DNA of 64,000 nt from an uncultured Gemmatimonadales bacterium (GCA_963850905.1 CAWKMU010000003.1:3589248-3653247), one strand, 5' to 3'; shown: positions 51,929 to 61,199, counted from the first letter of the stretch. Made by a program: numbers and translations. The notes: a model not told the origin generated them from the letters alone.

Positions 51929-53608
51929 GTGGTGAGTATCGAAACCCTTCCGCTGCCGCCCACAACCGCGGTCCCTTTCGATCGTTTATTCCCCACGCTG
52001 ACCCCAGAGCAGATGGCGCGGATCGCAGCGCACGGCCACGTCCGGCCGAGTACCGCTGGGGAAGTGTTGGTCGAAGTGGGTGATCAAACAGTACGCTTCT
52101 TTGTCGTGACCCGAGGCAAAGCAGAGGTCGTGCGCTCGGCCAACTCGACTGACAGCGTCGCCGTCCTGGAGCCCGGCACCTTTACGGGGGAAACCAACCT
52201 GATTTCGGGGCGCCCGAGCCTCGTCCGCGTACGCGTGAGCGAGCCAGGCGAACTGATCGAGGTGGATCGCGACCACCTGGTAGCCCTCGTGCAGACCGAC
52301 AGCGAGCTCGGCGAGCTCATCATGCGGGCCTTCATCCTTCGTCGCGTCGAGCTGATCGCGCAAGGCGTGGGCGACGTCGTGCTCATCGGCTCCAGTCATT
52401 CCGCCGGCACGCTCCGCGTCCAGGAGTTCCTGACGCGCAACGGCCATCCCCACGCGTATATCGACCTCGACCGTGACGGTGGTGTCCAGGAGCTGCTGGA
52501 TCGGTTTCACGTCTCGGTCGCCGACGTGCCTGTGGTGATCTGTCGCGGCGAGCTCGTGCTGCGGAGTCCGACGAATCAGCAGATCGCCGACTGCCTCGGC
52601 TTCAACGAAGCGATCGACCAGACCCACGTGCGTGACGTGGTCATCGTCGGTGCCGGTCCTGCAGGCCTCGCGGCGGCCGTGTACGGGGCGTCGGAGGGGC
52701 TGGATGTGCTCGTGGTGGAGTCCAACGCGCCTGGGGGACAAGCTGGATCGAGCTCCCGCATCGAGAATTATCTCGGCTTCCCCACCGGCATATCAGGGCA
52801 GGAGCTCGCGGGCCGAGCCTATGCGCAGGCACAGAGGTTTGGCGCCCAGATCCTCATCACGAAGAGTGCGACCCGGCTCGCCTGCGAGAAACGGCCATAT
52901 GCGATCGATATCGACACCGGTGGATGTGTGACCGCGCGCACCGTCATCATCGCGGCTGGCGCCGAATACCGGCGACTCCCTCTGGCAAACTTGTCTCAGT
53001 TCGAGGGGGCGGGAGTGTACTACGGCGCGACGTTCGTCGAGGCGCAATTGTGCAACGGAGAAGAAGTGATGGTGGTGGGCGGGGGGAATTCGGCTGGTCA
53101 GGCGGCAGTGTTTCTCGCGCAGACCGCGAAGCGAGTCCATATCCTGGTGCGATCAGGTGGGCTCGCGGAGAGCATGTCACGCTACCTGACTCGACGAATC
53201 GAGGAGAACCCAGCGATCGTGTTGCGGACGCACGCGGAGATCGTGGCGCTCGAGGGCACTGACCATCTGGAGCGCGTGCAATGGCGGGACACCGCAACGG
53301 GCACCACTGAGACCGCGTCCATCAAACACGTCTTCGTTATGACAGGAGCCGCGCCCAACACGGGCTGGCTCGAGGGCTGCGTGGCGCTCGACTCGAGCGG
53401 ATTCGTCAATACGGGAACCGACCTGTTGCCAGAAGATCTGGCGGCAGCGCACTGGCCTCTCAGCCGGAGGCCGTACCTGCTCGAAACGAGCTTGCCTGGC
53501 GTCTTTGCGGTCGGCGATGTGCGCGGAGGTAATGTCAAACGCGTGGCATCGGCCGTCGGAGAGGGATCGATTGCCATCAGTTTCGTTCACCAGTTCTTGC
53601 GTGAGTAA
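51929..53608 (+). CDS. cNMP-binding domain + thioredoxin-reductase-like FAD oxidoreductase
   Basis: N-terminal cNMP fold (FFVVTRG, PGTFTGE). VGAGPAGLAAA, SSRIENYLGFP, GGGNSAGQAA and ETSLPGVFAVGDVR. Confidence 0.9.
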   Translation: MVSIETLPLPPTTAVPFDRLFPTLTPEQMARIAAHGHVRPSTAGEVLVEVGDQTVRFFVVTRGKAEVVRSANSTDSVAVLEPGTFTGETNLISGRPSLVRVRVSEPGELIEVDRDHLVALVQTDSELGELIMRAFILRRVELIAQGVGDVVLIGSSHSAGTLRVQEFLTRNGHPHAYIDLDRDGGVQELLDRFHVSVADVPVVICRGELVLRSPTNQQIADCLGFNEAIDQTHVRDVVIVGAGPAGLAAAVYGASEGLDVLVVESNAPGGQAGSSSRIENYLGFPTGISGQELAGRAYAQAQRFGAQILITKSATRLACEKRPYAIDIDTGGCVTARTVIIAAGAEYRRLPLANLSQFEGAGVYYGATFVEAQLCNGEEVMVVGGGNSAGQAAVFLAQTAKRVHILVRSGGLAESMSRYLTRRIEENPAIVLRTHAEIVALEGTDHLERVQWRDTATGTTETASIKHVFVMTGAAPNTGWLEGCVALDSSGFVNTGTDLLPEDLAAAHWPLSRRPYLLETSLPGVFAVGDVRGGNVKRVASAVGEGSIAISFVHQFLRE

Positions 53609-53787
53609 GAGGTCGACGGCGGCGCGGTGGTTACGCTCCACCACTCAGCAATCGGCCTGTTTGCTGACGGTATCGAGAGGAGGTCTCGCAGGGCTGGCCG
53701 CTCTTCGTCGCACGCATTCGACGACGAGTCGAGCATGCTTAGGACCATTAGTCTGTGCTCCCTACCGATCCGAATTGTAGATTTGTT

Positions 53788-53848
53788 TCTAACGTCCCAC
53801 GTCTAACGTCTAGCGTCCACCTAACGTCTAGCGCCGAGCGCGTCTAAC
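53788..53848. repeat. Degenerate heptamer repeats GTCTAAC/GTCTAGC
   Basis: About six (G)TCTA(A/G)C units immediately upstream of the tRNA-Ser fragment. Confidence 0.6.
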
Positions 53849-53871
53849 ATTTACAGCTCAGCAATCCGTTG

Positions 53872-53909
53872 GGAGGGCTGGCAGAATGGCTAATGCACCG
53901 GTCTTGAAA
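53872..53909 (+). tRNA. 5' half of tRNA-Ser(UGA), truncated at the anticodon loop (att remnant)
   Basis: GGAGGGC TG GCAGAATGGCTAATGC A CCGGT CTTGAAA gives acceptor strand, D arm, anticodon 5' strand and loop. The expected ACCGG and 3' half are absent. Confidence 0.85.
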
Positions 53910-54024
53910 TTGCCGCCCGGCTCCTGCACCTGACTGCAGTACGCTGCACTTCACTCTGAAAACGCGGCGCTAACGTGTTCGACGTTGGCGCCGTGTTGCA
54001 CATCTTTGCACCGCGTTGCGCGCG

Positions 54025-54049
54025 GATGGGACCACGGATGGGACCACGG
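54025..54049. repeat. Tandem 12-bp direct repeat, arm-type integrase binding site-like
   Basis: GGATGGGACCAC x2, about 115 bp from the tRNA-Ser fragment, preceded by roughly 10-bp-phased TGCA motifs. Confidence 0.55.
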
Positions 54050-54513
54050 GCTGCCGAGTTGGCAGAACGTCATCTGCGGCTCAAATCACCAGGCCGAGCG
54101 GGACTAGGCCGCTCCTCGAGGTGCTGAGTTTGACCGAGGGCCAGCGCGTGCAAATCAGGAACGCACACCGGAACGCGAAGGGCGTATCAGACGGCGCTCC
54201 GGATCCCTGGGAGCCTAGGGAGGCGCCTGCGGTACGGGGTAGCCTGGGTCTCTGCCAATGCGATCCTCCACCGACGCGTATAGCTCGGTGCGGCACTCGC
54301 CAGCAGCGTTCGGGTCAGAACACCACCACGCTTCAAATGTGTTATCAACGACCGACTAATGACGCCTTGGCCGTGGTGATGAGCGAGGAGCGAAAGGTGC
54401 GTGATATGGCCGTGGCGGAGCGTCCTAGAGAAACGGACCACAAACGCACCACGCCCACTGGGACGACAAAGCCTCACCGATGGGAAGTGACGGCGCGGCC
54501 TTGAGTTACACGA

Positions 54514-54560
54514 TGGAGCGGATGGGGATCGAAACCACGACCTCCTGGTTGCAAACCAGA
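54514..54560 (-). tRNA. 3' fragment of tRNA-Ala(UGC) (att remnant)
   Basis: Reverse complement TCTGG TTTGCAA CCAGG AGGTC GTGGT TTCGATC CCCAT CCGCTCC A gives anticodon arm, T arm and acceptor 3' strand. No D arm or 5' strand upstream. Confidence 0.8.
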
Positions 54561-54709
54561 ATCACGGACTACCCACTTTACGGCAACTTGACGGTTCGCT
54601 GGGGGGAACCGGGCATCGGCGCCGGACCTAACATCAAGAATGTCGGACTATGCCGGAAGAAACGGGTAATGCGTACAACAATGGAGTGGACTTGAGAATG
54701 CGTCGCGGT

Positions 54710-55222
54710 CTAAGAACGTCGCGCTTTTGACATCCTCGAGCGTTTCTTTTTGACGGGGCGTGCGCTCACAGGTATTCGCTCCGTGGGAGGTACTTGGGCT
54801 GATGCGTGGAGGACGAGGCCTTGGACGTTCGTCGGATTCAGCCAGATCGGGCCGAATCGTCCACGTGCAGTCAGGTTCGCGATCGCCTCACGCGCGAACG
54901 GCATGAGGGTCACTGCGGCGACCTGCTTTGCGTAGTCCAGTGGAGACATGTTTTCGGAGCCGGCCACCGCCGTGACAATGAGCGTCATTCGCACACGATA
55001 GTCGTAGAGTGCCGGCTGATCGGTTGCCGATGACACAGTGAGCCTTGTCAGGGCTTGCTTGCCATCAGGGGCGCTACCGAACTGTATCTCTATGTTCGCA
55101 GGCGTTGTTGGGTGGGGAGTGTTTGCCGGCAGTGCGAGCACGCCCTCTCGATGGCGGAATTGTGCCTCCTCAAGAAAGATCTGGGCGATTTGGAGGCCAG
55201 GCCCTCGCGTGGGATCCGTCAC
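54710..55222 (-). CDS. SecB-like chaperone (TAC chaperone)
   Basis: LQIAQIFLEEAQF near the N-terminus and AAVTLMPFAREAIANLTARGRFGPIWLNPTN resemble the SecB signature (LFPYAREAISxxxxRGGFPPLxLxPIN). GTG overlaps the antitoxin stop. Confidence 0.85.
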   Translation of the reverse strand: MTDPTRGPGLQIAQIFLEEAQFRHREGVLALPANTPHPTTPANIEIQFGSAPDGKQALTRLTVSSATDQPALYDYRVRMTLIVTAVAGSENMSPLDYAKQVAAVTLMPFAREAIANLTARGRFGPIWLNPTNVQGLVLHASAQVPPTERIPVSARPVKKKRSRMSKARRS

Positions 55223-55837
55223 GCTGCCATCGCCAGTGCGGGAGGCTCTTGCTCAACACGTTCTTCTTCTTCAGAGGGCACGGCGGGTTGGAACATGCCA
55301 CTTATCGTTATCGATGTCGCAAACGCGAATGTCGAGCTGCTCCACTGATTCATCGGCTGTGCGAAACAGTTGGAGATCGTGACGTCCGTGAAAAGCAGGG
55401 TGCTTACGTGGGTAAGGGAAGCGTTGCTCGGGTTAACTGGCGTTGTCATGCCGCCCCATACCACTGTGGTCGCTCCAGTCACCAGCACCGCTGGAGCGTT
55501 AACAACGGTTGCGGTCTCGACAGTCACGCCTGCGCGAGGTCGGTCCGGCGATTTGGGTGCCAACGAGATTTTCACATCTACTTCGAGATCGACCAAGAAA
55601 CGCTCAAGACGGTCATTGCTAAACCGTGCTAAACGACCCCGAAGAAGGTCAGATACGTCCGGTTGGGTTATGCTGAGGAGTTCGGCCGCCTGTCGCTGAC
55701 TCAGGCCTCGGGTTGTGATCTCGCGTTGGATAGCACGGGCCAACTGGGCCTTCGCAAGACGCACATCCGCATCTCGGCAGACCCGCGTCTTTAAAGACGT
55801 TGCCTGACCCTAGTTCCACTCGCTCTTCACTACTCAT
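55219..55837 (-). CDS. XRE/HTH_37 (HigA-like) antitoxin with ~100-aa C-terminal extension (frameshift ~55775)
   Basis: MSSEERVELGSGNVFKDAGLP then, after a one-base shift, DADVRLAKAQL..GLSQRQAAELLSITQPDVSDLLRGRLARFSNDRL. Tail ends ALAMAA. Confidence 0.85.
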
Positions 55838-56214
55838 ATAGCCCCTCGCGTCGCCGGATACCTACCTGCGTAGTCTTTCTTCGCGGCCTGGGATCTTCGT
55901 CGGATGCGGTCCAAATCTTCGTTTGGCGTACGCCTTCCCGATTTGGATTTTTTCATGAAGGCTGCCAAGAGGTACGTGCACCTCGGAAAGGCAAGATAGG
56001 CAGCGCGGTACGTATCGCCGCCGGCGTTCTCGGACAGCTTCATCACTTCGCTAGGTAGCCCTTCTCCGAAGTGTTTTGCGCCAATCGGCCGATCGCCATA
56101 CTGGACGTCCAAAAGAGCCTTTCCGAAGACGTCTTTAACGTCGTCAGGCAGGCTCTGGAGTTCCCTCTTGCTGTTTCCAATGAATAGGAGAGGCTTCCTT
56201 TCGGGACGATCCAC
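55834..56214 (-). CDS. RelE/ParE-superfamily toxin (Gp49/DUF891, HigB-like)
   Basis: KPLLFIGNSKREL..FGKALLDVQYG..GDTYRAAY..YLLAAFMKKSKSG..TP..DL..IRRR. ATGA overlap with the antitoxin. Confidence 0.9.
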   Translation of the reverse strand: MDRPERKPLLFIGNSKRELQSLPDDVKDVFGKALLDVQYGDRPIGAKHFGEGLPSEVMKLSENAGGDTYRAAYLAFPRCTYLLAAFMKKSKSGRRTPNEDLDRIRRRSQAAKKDYAGRYPATRGAI

Positions 56215-56219
56215 GGTTC

Positions 56220-56248
56220 ATTATAGCAACTCTGCTATGTGCTTACAA
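56220..56248 (-). promoter_or_regulatory. TAC operon promoter with palindromic operator, leaderless start
   Basis: TTGTAA (56248-56243), 17 nt, TATAAT (56225-56220) with extended TGn, then 5 nt to GTG. ATAGCA-ACTC-TGCTAT palindrome at 56223-56238. Confidence 0.75.
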
Positions 56249-56290
56249 ACTAACAGGTAGCAACGTTTTTCGACAGCATCTGAGGCCAGA

Positions 56291-56908
56291 ATGGGGAAAA
56301 AGAAGGCTGCCAAGCGGGGGCGTGGTGTCACAGCCGGGGTCATTACTCTGAGCCCGCGTGCATCGTTGAAAGTGATTGCGCCCGACGGGCAGGAGGCGAC
56401 AATCACAGCCACCGCGGCGATCGCCCTACAAGATGCAGCGGAGCATGTCGTCAAGACCCTCATTGCGCAAATTCGCCAATGCCTTGGCGCCGGCATGATT
56501 CAGATTGCGGTACTGGCGACCCTCGCGCTTCCCGACATGTGCGCTGCATCGGAGCACGCGGATGGAACAGCGACCGGCGCGCGATATAAGGCTTGGGTCG
56601 ACGCCCATGTCGCGCCCAAATACGTGGATAGCAATGGGAAGAAGACTCTTGGCGGTGCTGAGCTGTGGGCGCTTCGCTGTGCCATCGCGCATCAGATGAG
56701 GCTGACACATCCGGGGCTAGGCTACACAACTATTTGGTTTTCGAACAAGCACAAGGTGGTCGAGAATGGCGCGCTGTATTTGTCGGCGAGCATATTCTGC
56801 GAGGACATTCTTACGGCCGTCGAGAACTGGCTTCTGACATCCCGCGGCAACACCACGATCGTGACCAATCTTGCATCCCTTTCTCGGTTCCGTGTGGAAT
56901 TGAGTTAA
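56291..56908 (+). CDS. Hypothetical protein with HEPN-like R-x4-H motif
   Basis: LATLALPDMCAA..RYKAWVD..ELWALRCAIAHQ. Mostly helical. Confidence 0.65.
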   Translation: MGKKKAAKRGRGVTAGVITLSPRASLKVIAPDGQEATITATAAIALQDAAEHVVKTLIAQIRQCLGAGMIQIAVLATLALPDMCAASEHADGTATGARYKAWVDAHVAPKYVDSNGKKTLGGAELWALRCAIAHQMRLTHPGLGYTTIWFSNKHKVVENGALYLSASIFCEDILTAVENWLLTSRGNTTIVTNLASLSRFRVELS

Positions 56909-56924
56909 GCCAAGCCGTCCTGAC

Positions 56925-57308
56925 TCAAGCCCGTTCGCTGTTTATCAGGTAACGCCGGACATCTGACAGCCGGTAGCGACTCTCGCCGCCGACCGTCAAA
57001 CTTCGAATCCCGAGGTGTCTAATCCTCGCCTGCGAGACCCGCAGAATCGCCGCCACTTCATGCGGCGTGAGCAGCGGCTCAATGTACCAATCAGTGCCCT
57101 CATCGCGCTTACCGTAAATCGGATCCGGGTCCGCCTCCATCAGCAGCGATGCGGGGATCGACCCGACTTTCGCCAATAAGCTCCGCGCGCGTGAGACGGC
57201 GTCCGTTGCCGTCCGGATCTCCTTCGCCAAGTCAGCAGCGATTGGTCGTGGCAGGTCGGCTGACGGTGCCTCCCTCAGCGCAGGAGGTTGCGCGGTTCCC
57301 GGCCGCAA
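56925..57308 (-). CDS. Possible excisionase-like HTH (HTH_17) protein or remnant
   Basis: C-terminus LLTPHEVAAILRVS..IR..VGGESRYRLSDVRRYL. Start uncertain. Confidence 0.55.
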   Translation of the reverse strand: MRPGTAQPPALREAPSADLPRPIAADLAKEIRTATDAVSRARSLLAKVGSIPASLLMEADPDPIYGKRDEGTDWYIEPLLTPHEVAAILRVSQARIRHLGIRSLTVGGESRYRLSDVRRYLINSERA

Positions 57309-57420
57309 CGCGATGACCGCGTCCCAGGAGAGTTCAGACCCCTTCGAATGTCATTTGCGCGTAACACGCACGCCGGCGGGCGATATGACCACTTTGTACG
57401 GTTGGTCGCCCAAGACAACC

Positions 57421-58020
57421 TCACGGGCAACCGGCTTGTCGAGCCGAGTGGTCATTGGCGGATGGCTGGCAGTAAACGAGGACTAGCGCGGCATCACCAC
57501 CCGCGCCGGTATGGCTCCGGTCCTTTGGGACGCTGGGTTCGGGCAGCAGGGGGTCCATCCGGTCCGCGTATCGTTCGACCCACGAGAGCCAGCTGCACAC
57601 CTTTTCCTGCGCCTCGGGATCGGTCACGCGATCGAGTGCCGGTTCGCGTCAGCGACGTACGCCCGGATCTCGGCAGCCGCGCTCCACTCCTTCATCACCT
57701 GCTCGAGTGCGCGCACGCGACGCGCGCGCTGCTGGCGCTCGTGATCTTGTCGCGCTTGTTCCTCCTGCTCGGCGCGCCACTGACGCTCCCACTCCTCCCG
57801 TTCCTGCCGCTGCCTCTTGACCGCCTCACTTGCCGCAACGAGACCCACGACGAATGCGTTGAGGCTGTGGTCGACCCGTTGCTTCTTGCCGTCGGACCAG
57901 ACGCAGCGGATGCCGAGCGAGCTGTCCTCAATGCGGAGCGTGTACTGTCCGAGATGAGTTCGCGCCGCGGTTGTGGGGGCGGCGGCCTTCGCGGTGTATT
58001 CGAAGGGCGGGAAAGCTCGC
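57421..58020 (-). pseudogene. C-terminal remnant of a coiled-coil hypothetical protein typical of integrative elements
   Basis: FEY..TLRIED..VWSDGKKQRVD..EWERQWRAEQEE..WSAAAEIRAYV / WLSWVERYADRMDPL. No start codon, one frameshift. Confidence 0.55.
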
Positions 58021-59708
58021 GTCCGGCGGGTGGGGCGAGCGGGAGGGTCAGCGTAAAATGCGAGCCGACGCCGGCGCGGCTCGACGCGACGAGGTCACCC
58101 TTCATGCCGCGAGCGCGTTGGCGACTGATGGACAGTCCTAGGCCGGAGCCTTGTTGTGGACGCGACAGCCTGCGCTCGAGCTGTACAAAAGGTTCGAAGA
58201 TCGCTTCGAGTTGATCCTCTGGGATGCCGATGCCGGTGTCGCGCACGCTGATCCACGCCTGGTCGCCATCGTGCCCACTCGTCACCTCGATCTCTCCCCC
58301 GGCGCCAGTGGCCTTGACGGCGTTGGAGAGAAGGTTGAGAAGAATTTGCTCCACTTTGAGACGATCGCCGAGCGCGATGACGCGAGGTGTCTCGTGAGGA
58401 GTCCGCAGCTCGAGACCTTTGGCCCGCGCTTGGGGTGCGATCATGGGGACGACCGCCTCCACGAGGGTCGGAAAAGAGATCGGCCCACAATTGTACGCGA
58501 TTTGTCCGACTTCGATTCGACTGAAGTCGAGAATGTCATTGATGACATTCAGGAGATGCGCCTGGCTGCGCTGAATGCGTTCCAGGTGTTGCACCTGTAG
58601 AGGGGGTCACAGGGCCGCTCACGCCGAGTTGCAGGAGCTCCGCGTAGCCGGCAATGGCGTTGAGCGGCGTGCGGAGCTCATGCGACATGGCGGCAAGCAA
58701 TTCCCCTTTTGCTCGGCTGGCCGCCTCCGCCTGCGCACTCCGCGTTTCGAGCTCCGTCGCTGACGCTCGGAGTCGGTCGGCGAGCGCCCGAAGGTCTTCA
58801 CTGCGCGCTTCTGCGGCGGCGCGTGCCGCCCCCTCCTCAGCAATGCGCCGGGCGTCCGCCAGCATGCGTTCAACCGCTGCTTGCTGCTCGGTCAGATCGC
58901 GAGTGACCTTCGCGAAGCCTGTCAGCGTGTTGCGCGCATCGCGGACCGCGGTGATGACCACGCGGGCCCAAAAGAGCGATCCGTCCTTTCGGACGCGCCA
59001 GCCCTCTTCCTTGTACTCGCCGGTCTCCGTGGCAATCACCAGCTCGCGCGCGGGTTTGCCGTTGGCGACATCGGCTTCCGGGTAGAAGACAGAGAAGTGC
59101 TTGCCAATGATCTCGGCGGCGGTGTATCCCTTGATCCGCTGCGCCCCTTCGTTCCAGGTGGCGATGTGGCCCGTGGGGTCGAGCATGAAGATGGCGTATA
59201 CCTGCACGGACTGGACAAGAAGGCGGAATCGCTCTTCGCTACGACGGACGGATTCGGTCGCCTCGCGCTGCTGGGTCAGGTCGCGCGTCACCTTGGCGAA
59301 CCCGACCAGATTGCCTTCGTCATCTCGCAAAGCAGTGATCACGACATTCGCCCAAAAGCGTGAGCCGTCCTTGCGGATGCGCCAGCCATCGTCCTCAATG
59401 TGACCCATTGTCGCAGCGAGCTCGAGCAGACATGCCGGCTTCCCTGCCGCGATGTCATCCTGCGGGTAGAGCACGGAGAAGTGCTGTCCCAGGATCTCTT
59501 CTGTCGTGTATCCCTTGAGACGTTCGGCGCCACTGTTCCACGTCAGGATGTGCCCGCGGGGATCGAGGGCGAAGATCGCGTACTCGGTCACGCGCGCGAC
59601 CAACAACTCGTGAAGATCTACCGCGTGGGCGGCGGCGCCCTCAGGCGCAGGCACCTTGATCTTGCCGGGCGCTGGCGGAGTGAATGTCACGCTGTGCTCC
59701 TCCCTCAC
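57695..59708 (-). CDS. PAS-PAS sensor histidine kinase (frameshift ~58595; C-terminus runs into the remnant gene)
   Basis: Two PAS/PAC repeats (WNxGAxRxKGY, RKDGSxFWA), MSHELRTPLNAI, LLNLLSNAVK, DTGIGI, IFEPF and GLGLSI. Confidence 0.9.
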
Positions 59709-59899
59709 AAAACAGCTGTCGGCGCCTCGAGGTGCGAGACCCCGACGACGATGGCTGCCAGAGTAAAGAATAACATCGGGAAAATCGGCCCGACGAGACA
59801 GGGCCCCTCACTAAGCAACTGAGTCAACCCGCCTGCGGATCGACGCCGTCGGACTGCCCATCTCAGGGGACCATCGATCGCACAGCACGGGGGACGACA

Positions 59900-60420
59900 C
59901 TAATGCGTCCGTCCGATTCGAGCGTCGCGCTCGCAACGCCCGCGAGTCCATTCGAGGCCGGCCTTCCGGGCCGCAGCCACGACTTTAGCTCGCGTGACGC
60001 GCTCTCGCTTGAGAGCCGACTCATTTAGAGTGCCGTCGGTGAGCAGCCTCGAGGGCTCCGCCTGAAAGACCGGCGGACGGCAGCGGCATGATACGTGAGG
60101 AGCGAGGTGAGAAACGCAAGCCCGAACAGCGTCAGCGCACCGACGAGCGCACCAATCATCGTGTCGTCGTTCTGCATGATGGCATTGCAGAAGAGCTGCG
60201 GGATGAGGAACAGCGTCACGATCTCGAGCGGCGAATTCTGCGTGAGCTCGCGCTTCCCTAACACGCGGAAGCACACCAGAACAAACCCGTAGACGAGTGC
60301 CACGCGCGCCACAATGTTGGCGCGGTCGCCGCCGAACACGCCGAAAAGCGCGACGATCGGAAGCCCGAGGAGGATCGGGACGCCCAGCACCTGGCACCAG
60401 GTCAGATTGAACAGGCGCAT
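59900..60420 (-). CDS. DUF421/YetF-like membrane protein, frameshifted or decayed
   Basis: FRVLGKRELTQNSPLEIV..NAI, then EPSRLLTDG..ALKRERVT..AARKAG in a second frame. Confidence 0.7.
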
Positions 60421-60625
60421 GTAGACAACCGTTCGTTAGAACCCCACGAGTTCAGATGGCGACGAGGCGACGCACAAGCCATGTCATCCAAATCCAATGG
60501 CCCGATTCCCTTGCAGGCGGGCTATCCGGTGACGGCGCCGAAGCGGCGCGCGGCTTTCGACCGAGCAACGCCGTCCAGCTCCTACTATCACTCAGATCGC
60601 AGTGCTCAACGACGTTTCGTCGCAG

Positions 60626-60775
60626 CTACACGGACCGGCGACCGGCAATCAGACCCCAGAGGAGCGAGATGACCGCCAATATCAGCAGGATGTGAATGAG
60701 GCCCCCGGCGACGTGCAACACGCCGAACCCGAGAATCCAGAGCACGAACAAGATGATTGCGATCGTCCAAAACAT
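60626..60775 (-). CDS. lmo0937-family (DUF5670) small membrane protein, 49 aa
   Basis: MFWTIAIILFVLWILGFGVLHVAGGLIHILLILAVISLLWGLIAGRRSV with GGAG RBS. Not in the ORF track. Confidence 0.88.
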   Translation of the reverse strand: MFWTIAIILFVLWILGFGVLHVAGGLIHILLILAVISLLWGLIAGRRSV

Positions 60776-61199
60776 CGTTGCTCCCGCGTTGCGTATCGGT
60801 TCCGATCTCAGTCAGGGCCTTCGCGCCATCGAGTCCACCCACGGATTCGTGACGCATATTGCCGATTTTTGCACGGACTATGCCTCGGCGACTCATCGCT
60901 CGGGTGCCTGCGCCGTCCTTTTGGGCCGAAGGGGGCGTGGGGCCACTCGCGCGCGCGCACTGCTGGCGCGGGCGAGAACGAAGCGTCGGAGAGAGCTCGC
61001 CGGAAGACAAAAAGTCCAAGAGTCGGACGCTGCGACAATGACGCCGGCTCGCCTGGCACCGCAGACCTTCGCGGCCGCACCGCTCAGGCGCACGCGCGGA
61101 CGTAACGGGTAGACGGGACTGCTCCCCGATGCCGCGGCACGGAACTGGTCAGGGATTGCGTCGGTTGAGACGCGAGATTCGCCTCCCGAACCCACTCGG

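Noticed and set aside
4515..53608. In-frame UGA selenoprotein among the redox genes
   Set aside because: The oxidoreductase ORFs appear full length, and no UGA aligned to a catalytic Cys position was found.
53788..53880. Integron attC site (GTCTAAC matches RYYYAAC)
   Set aside because: No convincing complementary GTTRRRY with L boxes, no cassette array and no intI.
53872..54560. Intron-containing, split or permuted tRNA formed from the two halves
   Set aside because: The halves are different isotypes (Ser and Ala), on opposite strands, with non-complementary anticodon stems. No tRNA-Ser 3' half or group I intron core was recognised.
54480..54695. ORF MGSDG..MERMGIETTTSWLQT
   Set aside because: It is the antisense translation of the tRNA-Ala fragment.
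60602..61105. 167-aa plus-strand ORF
   Set aside because: Antisense shadow of the lmo0937-family gene.
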